DNA from: Squalus acanthias
Lineage: Eukaryota
Assembly: GCA_030390025.1 (NCBI GenBank)
Contig: CM059432.1
Span: 56,980,001 to 57,044,000 of the forward strand
Length of the DNA stretch: 64,000 nt
Reading direction: 5' to 3'
Each line of letters begins with the position of its first letter. Position 1 is the stretch's first letter. Shown piece after piece: positions 13,018-24,909 of this stretch. A program made the position numbers and the translations under genes. The notes under the pieces are model-generated. The model had not been told where the DNA came from. It saw only the letters and a list, made by a program, of their open reading frames with translations, and did no database searches.

Positions 13018-13510
13018 CTTGAAAGTATGCTGCTAACCTTGAATGTCTAGATCCTTATTTTGTACAGAAAGCTTATTTTGGGGTTTTTTTATATTTGAAT
13101 ATGCTTTGCAATTTTGGGTAGTTGAGAATAGTCATTCGATGTGCTGAAAGTTACATTGAAATGGGTAGTTGCATGCAACTCACCTATACTAATGCCACAT
13201 AAACACAAGTCATGTGGAGCTTGCTTTCTCTGCATCCTGATTAACCCTGGAAAGACAGTGTCATGTGCATTTGCTAGGGATAATAAAACAATCAGAATGT
13301 GTAAAATGAAAAACAGACGCTTCTAAACAATTCTTCAGTAAATCAATACCCTTTTTGATTTTCACACAAAGTATTCAATTTTTATCTGCTGATAACAGCA
13401 AAATCTCCCAATGAAATGATTGCAAAATTGGTTTTGGAGTATTCTATTGATGTAATTAAAATATACATTGTTTCAATGAACAGTAAAGCAAAAAGCAGCA
13501 GCAGTAAGAG

Positions 13511-13932
13511 AGAAAGAAAGAACTTGCATTTATATCGGGCCTTTCATGATCTCAGAACATCTCAAACAACTTGACAGTCAAATACTTTTGAAGTTAAGTT
13601 GCTTCTCATGTAGGAAAATGCGGCAGCTAATTTGCACGTAGCAAGGACCCACAAACAGTAATGAGATAAATGATCATATCTGTTTTAGTGATGTTGGTTA
13701 AGTTATAAATATTAGCCAGGACAATGGGAGAACTCCTGCTTTTCTTTGAATAGTGCAATGGGATCTTTTACATCCACATGTGAGAACAGATGGGGACTGT
13801 TTTATCATCTCATCTGAAAGATGGAGCAACACTAAAGTGTGAGCCTAGATTATAAGTTCAAGTTTCGAGAGTGGGTCTTTTTGCCACAACCTTCTGACTT
13901 GGAGGCAAGAGTGTTAGCACCGAGCCACGGCT
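13511..13932 (-). mobile_element. DeuSINE, diverged full-length copy
   Basis: Reverse-complement homology to 14523-14985 from tail to tRNA head. Confidence 0.85.
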
Positions 13933-14384
13933 CTATGTAGGGTAGAATTTCCAAATACTGACAGCTCAGCATATGTCCCTTGCTGTATTTATAAAAGTAG
14001 AGGTTTTGTTTTTTTCAATTGGTCATTTCTGAACTATTAAGAACAAGTTAGTCTCAGTTTTTTCTTGAGCTAAGTGGCATTTTATCAAGCTGAAGGACTT
14101 GCTGTTTGGTGGAAGAAAGGGTAGAAAAACCTATTTAGAAACTACTTGGGTGCCAGAAATTATTTAGCAAGCTGAGATGTATGGAACTGACCATGTGTCA
14201 TTAATATGATGACATGCTCCAAATAAAGCTGAATAATTGGTTCACTTTGTAAACTTTAAATGTGCCAATGTCCAGCTTCAAAACTTCTTCTTCAGATTTT
14301 TAATTAGGCTTTCAAGAGGAACTTCAAATCAATGGGAATCCTATTCATCTGATTTAACCTGCCACACTTGATTTAGATAGAATT

Positions 14385-15235
14385 GCATAGAAATTACAAC
14401 TTGGAAATAAGTCGTTCGTCCCAACCAGTCTGTGTTGGCATTTATCCTCCCATGAGCAGTAATCCTGATGTATTCACCCTGTTCCCATATCCTTTTTACT
14501 TCAACTACCTATCTAACCTATTCAGCTGTGGCTCAGTTAGTAGCACACACGCCTCTGAGTCAGAAGGTTGTGGGTTCAATTCCCACTCCAGGGACTTGAG
14601 CACATAAAGCTCAGCTGACACTCCAGTGCAGTGCTGAGGGAGTGCTGCACTGTCGGAGGTGGCGTCTTTCGGATGAGATGTTAAACCGAGGCCCCGTCTG
14701 CTTTCTCAGGTGGACGTAAAAGATCCGATGGCACTATTTCGAAGAAGAGCAGGGGAGTTCTCCCCGGTGTCCTGGCCAATATTTATCCCTCAATCAACAT
14801 AACAAAAACAGATTATCTGGTCATTATCACATTGCTGTTCGTGGGAGCTTGCTGTGTGCAAATTGGCTGCCGCGTTTCCCACTTTACAACAGTGACTCCA
14901 CTTCAAAAATACTTAATTGGCTGTAAAGCGCTTTGGGACGTCCGGTGGTCGTGAAAGGCGCTATATAAATGCAAGTCTTTCTTTTTTCTTAAATGTTGAC
15001 ATGGTCTCTGCTTCAATCACTAACTGCAGTAGTGAACTCAACAGCCTCACAACTGTAAAAATGTTTCTCCCACTTTATGTCCTAAACATTTAATCTTGTA
15101 TCTATGTTCCCAACTTTTAGACCCCTCAATTACTGGAAACAGTCAGTTTCTATCTGCTCTGTTTCATCCCTTCATAATTTGAAGCACCTCGATCAAATCA
15201 CTCCGTAATCTCCTTTGTTATAACAAAAACAGCCT
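14385..15235 (-). mobile_element. Old CR1 3' fragment split by the DeuSINE at 14523
   Basis: The joined flanks (ctatctaacctattc..ttaaatgttgacatg) match the uninterrupted sequence at 56465-56510. CR1-like ttcataattttgaagcacctcgatcaaatcac is present. Confidence 0.6.
14523..14985 (+). mobile_element. Full-length tRNA-derived Deu-domain SINE (SacSINE1-like)
   Basis: A box tggctcagttag, B box ggttcaattccc, Deu domain (gagatgttaaaccgaggcccc...aaagatcc..ggcactatttcgaagaagagcagggg), and an L2-like tail aaaggcgctatataaatgcaagt. Confidence 0.9.
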
Positions 15236-16229
15236 GGAGCCCAAAAGCTTCAGTTGAAATATGAAAAAACTACATTTATTTGCACAAATATTTACAAATC
15301 GCTTCTATACTTTCTCTTTTCAAATAGAAAAAAATATTATTTATAATTTGTTAATTTCTTGATCAGATTTCCAAAGTTTGTTAACATTCAAGAAGTTGGT
15401 TGATGGTCTCATTCCCCAAGGTTTGCGTCTTCCTAGCATACGTATTAAGCTTCACATAATGCATATTTACTGTTGATTACACCTTTAAACAAAACCCAAA
15501 CAATGCTAGGTTAAGTGTGTGAAGAGATTGGCTACATGCAGGTGGCATGCATATTATTTATATCCTCATATTCAATTTCATCCCCTGCAGTCAAACCCAC
15601 AGTTGAGGTACTTGGGTTCTGAATTGTGCTGTATATAATTTTTTATTGTTTTATTTCTACTGTCATAAAAGCAGTGTAGGCTGTTTCAGTTTGTCATTTG
15701 GTAATTTGTGTGTTTTCATAAAAATAGAACCTGAGTTCAAGTAATGGCTGCGGTAACTTCACTGTAACAAGCTATAACATATTTCATGAAAATTAAGCAT
15801 TGTTTAACTTGTTTTTCAGCTGATGACATGCAGCAACAATAACATTCAAAGCAACTTGAAGGCAAACATTCTGCTAAAATTGGAAGCTAGCATTTAAAAA
15901 ATCACTTGATTACATTTTTAAAAATCTAACTTGTCTTACCATTTCTGTTCCACTTATTAACATTTGCATTACAACACCTGTCTATGGACTGTTTTCTCCT
16001 TTTGTATGTGTTTAGAATATATCAGTATTGAACATTATGATTTTTTTTTGAGTTGTCATACATAAGATGGTTTGTTGAGGAGTGCTAACTGTTTGAACTG
16101 GGGTTGTCACCTTTATGTGAGTTCATGTTTGCTCTGGGAATTCTCACGTTTGGGGTGGAGCCTATTTGCACAGACAACCTAAATATGTGTCCGTACGGCT
16201 TGCCATTGATAAAAGTATGTTTGTTGTGA

Positions 16230-16560
16230 GCTCCCCCAATGGTTTAGTGGATAAATGGGTGTAATGATGCAGTACCATGTCAAACAGATCAGGAAGATCC
16301 CAGGTTTAATCCTTGGTGTGTGCTGAGTTAGCTATCTCAGCCATGACAGCAATTAGGACAGAACAACTGACCTTAGTTCCCTTTGGGTAGAAAGGGAAAA
16401 GTCAACCAGGATCCTTGCTCCTAATTATATGAACATTGCTGAAAAGTGCCTCTGTATGGACAGATAAGGACAAAATCAGCTTTGGTCGTGATGTCCCTAC
16501 TAGTTGAATAGCCTGTCGATACTGACTGTCCAGACTATGGAATCCTTTATGTGAGATGCC
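16230..16560 (+). mobile_element. Old tRNA-type SINE-like repeat, same family as 7420-7804
   Basis: Degenerate A box (tggtttagtgg) and B-like box (aggtttaatcc), plus body blocks shared with 7420-7804. Confidence 0.65.
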
Positions 16561-17673
16561 AGAGGATGGCCTTGGAATTCAATCCCAACATAAGTCACTG
16601 CCTTCAGGTGAGGAAGCAGACAACTTTAGGAAAAAAGCAGAACTATGCCTCAGAACAGTGAATGTCTCTGGAAGAATTACATTTCTGATGGAACTGAAAC
16701 TATAATTGTGCCCTCTTGAATACATTATTTAGTTTGTATGGAAGTATTAACAAGGAGGCTGACTGTCCCACAACTACCTCTCCTGCTTCTGCTCCTGATT
16801 ATGGCACCAAATTTGAAATTTTCTCGTGCCAGCCATTTTTTTTTCCAATTCTGCATTTTTAGTTGTAAAGAGGAGGGATTTTGCAATGGTTTCCATGGAC
16901 ACAGAAATGTGGAGAGCTGCGAGCCCTGGTTATTGCCAAATCTAATCAACAGCGTGCTAATGGCGATAAGAATCATACATAATTAAAGAGGTTAAGTCAG
17001 TAGAGACTTAAACTGGATCAATTAGAATTGTTGGTTGAGTAAATATGGTTATCAGGAGCCGAGATGCATCACGAGTAACATGTACCAATACAGCGCTATT
17101 TGTAACATTTGTTCTTACACTGAAAAACGTATCTTCTATTAAAAAAGAACTTCAAACCTGGGCTCTCTAACACCAATTAGCTTCTTCCAGCTGTGGCTAG
17201 AATTCACACTTGAACCATCTAAGTGCAATGAAATGCAATCTGTAAGGTTATCCATGCTAGCTACATTGGTAAAACATTAATTAAACTTCCTCCTTGATTC
17301 AAAGAGATATCATAGTAAACACACTATATCAGATAGTAATGGCTATTGCAATTTGGTGTGGATTTAAAAGTTAAATGAAACACTCTTTGAGTGTTTGATT
17401 TCTGGTTTTGGGTATGATTGATATGCCAAGTTTGAGTACAATCTGAGAAATCATGCTTTTCATTCATAGGCCTATAAAAAAAAATACAGTGAAAATGCCT
17501 TAAATTCCATCTATCTACAGAGACAACCTAAGGTGTGCCCCAGGTATGAATTATTGATTCTGATTTGGAAATGGTTTCGGAGGTCAAGTCTATCAAATTG
17601 TCCGAGTCCCAGAGGTGGTTATTTAAAGCCTGTCGCTACCATTTCCAAAATGCTGTCATATATAAAGACATGG

Positions 17674-17709
17674 AATATCTTTGAAAACTTAAATATCTTT
17701 GAAAACTTA
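17674..17709. repeat. Perfect 18-bp tandem duplication
   Basis: aatatctttgaaaactta x2. Confidence 0.9.
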
Positions 17710-18378
17710 ACCCTCCTATAAACCTAATATTCTGATGTACAACAATTCAGATACTACATATTCCACCAATTGTACAGTGGCCTTTACTAGTAACAAAGAT
17801 TAATGTGGGCTCTTTATAATGCCCAGGATCCCTATTTTTGCAATAATACTTTGTTTGTCCCAAAAACAAAGGTAACGTAATTATGAAAACTTTTTTCTTG
17901 GTGATGTTCAATTTTAATTAGCAATTTTTGGCACAAAGATTTTTTTTCTATGAAAGCTGTTAATATTGTTAGCTTTCTACACCTCCCTGTGAGAACACTC
18001 ACTTAAAGGGTTTCTGGAAACAAGAACTTGATAAATTCACAGTTATAAAAGAAATTAGATAAATGGATTTGTTGAAAAAAAGAAAGATTCTGCAGATTTT
18101 TTCCCCAAAATAGCATCAAAGTCATTAAATTGAGCACTTTCCAGTCAGCAGTCCAATCTCATTAGTATTCATTTACAGGTGTAATCTCATTAGTACACTA
18201 TTACAGGCAAAATTTTGTCTGTTCCAGAAAAACTCATTAACCCTATTTATATTATAATGTGTGGTAATACATTTACTGACTAGTTTACTGGACTCGCAGT
18301 GCCACAGGGTGCTTTATTTGCTGTATTATTGTCAGAATCCGGGAATTTGTTCTGTAATCTAGTTGCTAAATTAGCAGT

Positions 18379-19123
18379 TAGAATCATAGACTAATACAGC
18401 ACAGAAGGAGGCCATTCGGCCCATGAAGTCTGTGCCGGCTCTTTCGAAGAGCAATCCTGTTAGTCCCACTCCCCTGCTCTTTCCCCATATCCCTGCAATT
18501 TTTTCTCCTTCAAGTATTTATCCAATTCCCTTTTGAAGGCTTCTATTGAATCTGTATCCACCACCCTATCAGGCAGTGCATTCCAAATTCTAACCACTCC
18601 TTGTGTAAAAAAGCTATTCCTCATTTCGCCTCTGGTTCTTTTGTCAATCACCTTAAATCTGTGCCCTCTGGTTATCGAACCTTCACCCATTGGAAACAGT
18701 TTCTCATTATTTACTCAGATCTAAACCCTTCATGATTTTAAACACCTCTATCAAATCTCCTGTTAGCCTTCTCTGCTCTAAGGAGTAAGGAGAACAACCC
18801 CAGCTTCTCCAGTCGATCCATGTAACTGTAATCCCTCAACCCTGGAACCATTCTAGTAAATCTCTTCTGTAGTCTCTCCAAAGCCTTCATGTCCTTCCTA
18901 AAGTGTGGTGCCCAGAATTGGACACAATACTCCAGCTGGGGCCGAACTAGTGTTTAATATAGGTTTAGCACAACTTCCTGGCTTTCTGTCTCTATTTATG
19001 AAGCCCAGGATCCCATATGCTTTATTAACTGCTTTGTTAACCTGTCCTGCCCCCTTCAAAGATTTGCGCACAAGCACCCCAGGTCTCTCTCTTCTTGCAC
19101 CCCGTTTAAAATTGTACCATTTA
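18379..19123 (-). mobile_element. CR1 LINE 3' fragment
   Basis: KAYGILGFINR and TRGHRFKV..FFTQGVVRIWNALP. The 3' tail is at the left end. Confidence 0.9.
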
Positions 19124-19314
19124 ACAATGTGATAATGATTAGATAATTTGTTTTTAATGATGTTGGTTAAAGGATAATTATTGGCCAGGACACCGGGAAG
19201 AACTCCCTGCCCCTCTTCGAATATTGCTGAGGTATCTTTTACATGCACCTGAGAGGGCAGACGGGGCCTTGCTTTTGCGTCTCATCTGAACAATGTCACC
19301 TCCGACAGTGCAGC
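19124..19314 (-). mobile_element. DeuSINE internal fragment lacking head and tail
   Basis: Reverse-complement match to about 14645-14835. Confidence 0.85.
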
Positions 19315-19324
19315 TTTCTCTCTC

Positions 19325-20367
19325 CCTCCCTCTAATTGCACGTGAGAAGGAGGTGGTGAGCCGCCGCCTTGAACCGCTGGAGTCCGTGTGGCGAAGATAC
19401 TCCCAAAGTGCTGTTAGAGATGGAATTCCAGGATTTTGACCCTGCAACGATGAAGGAACGGCGATATATTTCCAAGTCAGGATGGTGTGTGACTTGGAGG
19501 GGAACTTGGAGGTGATGGTGTTCCCATGCGCCTGCTGCCCTTGGCCTTCTAGGCGGAAGAGCTCGCAGGTTTGGGAGGTGCTGTCGAAGAAGCCTTGGCA
19601 AGTTGCTGCAGTGCATCTTGTAGATGGTACACACTGCAGCCACGGTGCGCTGGTGGTGGAGGGAGTGAATGTTTAAGGTGGTGGGTGTGGTGCCAATCAA
19701 GCGGGCTGCTTTGTCCTAGATGGTGTTGAGCTTCTTGAATGTTGTTGGAGCTGCACTCAGCTAGGCAAGTGGAGTGTATTCCATCACACTCCTGACTTGT
19801 GCCTTGTAGAATGTCTTTGGGGAGTCAGAACATGAGTCACTCGCCGCAGAATACCCATCCTCTGACCTGCCCTTGTGGCCACAGTATTTGTGGCTGGTCC
19901 AGTTAAGATTCTGGTCAATGGTGACCCCCAGGATGTTGATTGTGGGGGACTCGGCGATGGTAATGCTTGAATGTCAAGGGGCGGTAGTTGGACTCTCTCT
20001 TGTTGGAGATAGTTATTGCCTGGCACTTGTGTGGCACGAATGTTACTTGCCAATTATCAGCCCAAATCTGAATGTCGTCCCGGTCTTGCTGCATGCGGGC
20101 ATGGACTGCTTCATATGTGAGGAGTTGCGAATGGAACGGAACACTGTGCAATCATCAGCGAACATCCCCATTCTGATCTTATGATGGAGGGAAGGTCATT
20201 GATGAAGCAGCTGAAGATGGTTGGGCCTAGGACACTTCCCTGAGGAACTCCTGCAGTGATATACTGGGGCTGAGATGATTGGCCTCCAACAACCACAACC
20301 ATCTTCCTTTGTGCTAGGTATGACTCCAGCCAGTGGAGAGATTTCCCCCTGATTCCCATTGACTTCA
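19325..20367 (-). mobile_element. CR1-group LINE family B (RSg-1-like), RT/3' fragment
   Basis: KSMGIRGKSLHWLESYL..AGVPQGSVLGPTIFSCFINDLP. Homologous to 60610-61300. Confidence 0.9.
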
Positions 20368-22445
20368 AAAAGAAAATACTGCAGATGCTGGAAATCTGAA
20401 ATAAAAACAGAAAATGCTGGAGATGCTCAGCAGGTCAGGCAGCATCTGTGAAGAGAGAATCAGAGTTAATGTTTCAGGTCGATGACCTTTCATCAGAACT
20501 GGAAAAAAGCAGGAAATGGAACAGATTTTTAAGCAATTGTAGGAGCTGGGAAAGGGGGGAGGGGATGAAAGAACAAAAGGGAAGGTCTGTGATAGGATAG
20601 AAGGCAGGAGAGGTTAAGGGACATTAAGAGATATTCAAGGCAAAAGGAGATGGTACTGGGACAGGTTAAGAAACAAAAGATGGCTCTAGATAAAGTGTAA
20701 ATTGCGCTGGCAGAATGAAAGACAGCTGCCATGTGGGAGAGAAGAAAAGAAAACCACAAACAAAAAAAAAAGTGTTGAAAAAAAATATATATAAGGGCCG
20801 AAGTTATGATCTGAAATTGTTGAACTCTATGTTGAGTCCAGAAGGCTGTAAAGTGCCTAATCGAAAGATGAGGTGCTGTTCCTCGAGCTTACGTTGAGCT
20901 TCAGTGGAACAATGTAAGAGGCCGAGGACGGTGATGTCTGAGTGGAGCGGAGAATTAAAGTGACAGGCGACCGGAAGCTCGGGGTCCCCCTTACGGACTG
21001 AACGGAGGTGTTCCGCAAAACGGTCACCCAATCTGTGTTTGGTCTCCCCAATGTAGAGGAGACCGCATCGTGAGCAGCGAACACAGTATACTAAATTGCA
21101 AGAAGTACAAGTAAATCGCTGTTTCACCTGGAAGGGGTGTTTGGGGCCCTGGACAGTGGGAAGGGGGGAGGTATAAGGGCATGTGTTGCATCTCCTGTGC
21201 TTGCACGGGAAGATGCCGGGCGAAGGGGAAGGGGTGTTGGGGGTGATAGAGGAGTGGACCAGGGTGTCGCGGAGGGAGCGGTCCCTTCGGAATGCGGAAA
21301 GGGAGGTGAGGGGAAGATGTGTTTGGTGGTGGGATCATGCTGGAGGTGGCGGAAATGGCGGAGGATGATCCGTTGAATGTGGAGGCTGGTGGGGTGGAAG
21401 GTGAGGACAAGGGGAACCCTATCGTGGTTCCGGGAGGGAGGGCCAGGGGTGAGAGCAGAAGTGCGGGAGATAGAACGGACACGGTCAAGGGCCATGTCAA
21501 CCACAGTAGAGGGGAATCCTCGGTTGAGGAAAAAGGAAGACATGTTGGAAGCACTGGTGTGGAAGGTGGCATCGTCAGAGCAGATGCGGCGGAGATGGAG
21601 AAACTGGGAGAATGGAATAGAGTCCTTACAGGAAGCGGGGTGGGAGGAAGTGTAGTCCAGGTAGCTGTGGGAGTCAGTGGGCTTGTAGTGAATGTTTGTC
21701 AATAACCTATCCCCAGAGATGGAGACGGTGAAGTCGAGGAAGGGAAGGGAAGAGTCGGAGATGGACCATGTGAAGGTGAGGGAAGGGTGGAAATTGGAAG
21801 CAAAGTGAATTAAATTTTCTAGTTCAGGGCGAGAGCAGGAAACGGCACCGATACAGTCATCAATGTACTAGAAAAAGAGGTATGGGTGGGGACCTGAGTA
21901 AGACTGGAACAAAGAATGTTCTACATATCCCATAAAAAGGCAGGCATAGCTAGGACCCATGCGGGTTCCCATAGCAACACCTTTGATTTGGAGGAAGTGA
22001 GTGGAGTCAAAGGAGAAGTTGTTCAATGTGAGAACAAGTTCAGCCAGGCGGAGGAGGGTGGTGGTGGATGGGGACTGGTTGAGCCTCTGTTCAAGGAAGA
22101 AGCAGAGCGCCCTCAGGCCATCCTGGTGGGGGTTGGAGGTGTAGAGGGATTGTACGTCCATAGTGTGAAGGAGGTGGTTGGGGCCAGGAAACTGGAAACT
22201 GTTAAAGTGGTGGAGGGCGTCAGAAGAGTCGCGGATGTAGGTGGGAAGAGACTGGACAAGGGGAGAAAAAATAGAGTTGCGATAGGAAGAGACAAGTTCC
22301 GTGGGGCAAGAACAGGCTGAAACGATGGGTCTACCAGGGCAGTCCTGTTTATGGATCTTGGGAAGGAGGTAGAAGCGGGCTGTGCGGGGTTGGGAAACTA
22401 TGAGGTTGGCGGCCGTGGGGGGAAGATCTCCAGAGGAGATGAGGT
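20368..22445 (-). mobile_element. Penelope-like element (Neptune-type), 5'-truncated: RT, Cys linker, GIY-YIG endonuclease and pLTR
   Basis: FYLLPKIHK, GRPIVSAC, MDVQSLYT, GVAMGTRMGPSYA. Linker PCKHRRCNTC. VYCVRCSRCGLLYIGET..RFAEH. Contains stops and frameshifts. Confidence 0.95.
20464..20500 (-). ncRNA. Minimal type I hammerhead ribozyme (family A), stem III palindrome mutated
   Basis: AGTT-CTGATGA-A-AGGTC/atc/GACCT-GAAA-CATT-AACT. Confidence 0.75.
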
Positions 22446-22689
22446 CACTGAATTTTGCTGGAGAAATAACCTTACTATAATCAGGAGACTTTGCTGATGT
22501 TTTGGTCATGAGTTCTGTTTGCTGTAGTTTGTAGAGACTCTTTTTAAATAGAATCTGTTTGCTGAGTAAATCGACTGTTTTCTGTAGTGCTGTTTAAATA
22601 TACTCTGCTGAGTAAATAGACTTTGTTTGCTGTAACGTAGACGGTTTGATGTAAGTTCTTAAGTTCTGCCGAAAGTCCTGCCCCACCAC

Positions 22690-22733
22690 CAACTCATTGG
22701 TTGACACAGTGCAACTCATTGGCTGACACAGTG
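22690..22733. repeat. 22-bp tandem duplication containing CCAAT boxes (attgg)
   Basis: caactcattggttgacacagtg followed by caactcattggctgacacagtg. Confidence 0.85.
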
Positions 22734-22774
22734 GTGTTAATACTCACTTTGTTTATTTATACATGATGCGGAGA

Positions 22775-22820
22775 TGCTGTTGGACTCTAACCTGGTGTTG
22801 TGCGACTTCTCACTTTTATT
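22775..22820 (+). mobile_element. Penelope pLTR tail remnant (family B)
   Basis: ctgttggactctaacctggtgttgtgcgacttctcac matches 6532-6568, just downstream of the hammerhead. Confidence 0.7.
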
Positions 22821-22936
22821 TATACAGCCAGGGGCTTAGCTGAGACAGATGGATGGGAGTCTCTTGTTCTCGCATCAAAGGAGGGTGGTGACTTTGATTG
22901 ACAACTCGTTACTCTGAATTCTTTATCTTGTAGGTC

Positions 22937-23180
22937 TAGAGTTGACAACCCTCCAAGACTGTCCTGGAGTCTCCAGGAATTAAAGATTAATCTCCTGGAC
23001 AATGCTGCGAGCAACCCAGGAGTAAAATCATAGGGTCGTTAAAAAAATGCCATTTTTTTTGAACACTTATTTATTAGTTATAAAAATATTCAATGCTGCT
23101 TGACTGGGCCAGGTGGTTGGAGACTGTGGGTCATGTGATGAAACCTCCAGGATTGTAACTAACCAGAGTTGGCAACCCAC
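22937..23180. mobile_element. Small hAT (Blackjack-like) non-autonomous element
   Basis: Ends tagagttgacaac ... gttggcaaccc. Decayed 8-bp TSD-like flanks (tgtaggtc / cataggtt). Confidence 0.6.
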
Positions 23181-23624
23181 ATAGGTTGCTCTCCCTTTCT
23201 CTGAGACATAAGGGGTGAGTTGCAGGCTTACGGCAGCAATAATAGCTGTTTAAAAGTTCTGAACCAGCTATCTTTGAATACCATGACTAGAAAGGTGAAT
23301 TTATATTTATGGAGATAGTAAGTTGTGTCTTTATTATTTCTCTGTAACTGAGGAGTGTAGGAAATTGACTGGTCTCACTACAAAAACTGTATATTCATGT
23401 ATTTGCAGTGCTTTTCAGTCCATATTCCATAAAGAGAGGAGAATGCACTTGGTGGCACATGCAATGTACAGTAGCCTGGATATGAAGCAAGGGTTCTCTT
23501 TTTACAATCCTTGGCTCATCCTACCGTTTAACTCAGTGTTGGATAGTAAAAGGTGCACTCCAGATTATATAGGAACAGGGTCTGCTTACAGGCATGATCA
23601 GTAAATTGAACTCCAAAGGATAGC

Positions 23625-24450
23625 TACAACAATTTACATTTATATAGTGCCTTTAATATAGAAAAATCATCTCAACGTGCTACAAAGAGGTGTAAGGAAA
23701 AAATAAATGCCAAGCTAAAGAAGGAAATATTAGGACGGTTGACCAAAACCTTGGTCTAAGAGATGGGTTTTCAGCAGGGTGAATGGAGAGCTCGGGGAAT
23801 GTTAAATTTGTGGCATTGGGGAAATGGAAGCCAATGTAGGTCAATGAGGATGGGGTAATGGATGAGCAGGACTTGGTGAGGGATAGGACACGAGCAGAAG
23901 AGAATTGGTTGATCTGAAGTTTATGGAGGATAGAGGATGGGAGGCCGACCTGGAGATCATTGGAATGGTCAAGTCTGGTGGTGATAAAGGCATGGATGAT
24001 GGTTTCAGCAGCGGCGAAGACAGGCGATATTACAGAGGTGGAAGTCAGGTGGTCTTTTTGATGAGGTCAGGATTGAACAGAACGCCAAGGTTGTGAACAG
24101 TTTTGTTCAGCATTAGAAAATGGCCGGGAAAGGGTGGCAAGTTTATGGAGGGAGCCGAAGATGATGGTTTAGTCTTGCTCGTGTTTACCCGGAGGAAATT
24201 GTGGTCAATCACAGCTGGATACTGGGCGGTGGAGGGGTAGAGCAGGATGTCATCAGCATACATGTGGAAGCTGACACCATGTATGTGAATGACGTCATCA
24301 AAGAAAAGCCATTGCTGGAGATGCTCTGGCATATGATCAGGTAATTAAGAGTGGAACCAAGCGAAGGCATTCCCACTGGACAATGGAGGAAAGGCGTTGG
24401 AGGAGAGCAGTGTGGTCGTCCATGTCAAAGACTGCAAAGAAGTCTTTAAA
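23625..24450 (-). mobile_element. L2-type LINE, degraded RT and 3' tail
   Basis: HGVSFHMYADDILLY and VHNLGVLFNP. The tail caacaatttacatttatatagtgcc is shared with the DeuSINE tail. Confidence 0.8.
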
Positions 24451-24909
24451 AAGCCTTAGCTCTCTGTGGAGCCTTTTGTGTTTCTTGCTGTTGTCTGGAT
24501 ACAACTATAATTATTGTACACGTTAACACTCCTGTCAGCTTTTATTGACATCTCTTGTTCTGAATTGTTAATTTGTTCTCTACTAAGCTAATCAAATTAC
24601 TTGCATCAAATCAATGCAGATAACTTTTTTATAATTCAAGTTACTTTCTATTTGCAGTGATTTGACTGTAAGGTTACGAAACATTCGATCTCTCATATGC
24701 TGTTCCCTTTTTTTTTAAAAGACTGTGATGCTATTGTATAGGAATTGGTATAAGGCCATCTCTACAGGAAACAGATGGGTACTGAAAAAAAAATCAAGTA
24801 CTAGATGGTACCAGTTTAACGCTACTGTGAATCATTTGTGATAAGTGGTAATGTGGCATTTGGGTTTATGTATCAACAGAATACAAATGGGACAGAACAG
24901 CAGTGGTTA

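Noticed and set aside
14523..14595. tRNA gene (also 57877-57950)
   Set aside because: The A/B boxes continue directly into a SINE body and tail, so these are SINE heads.
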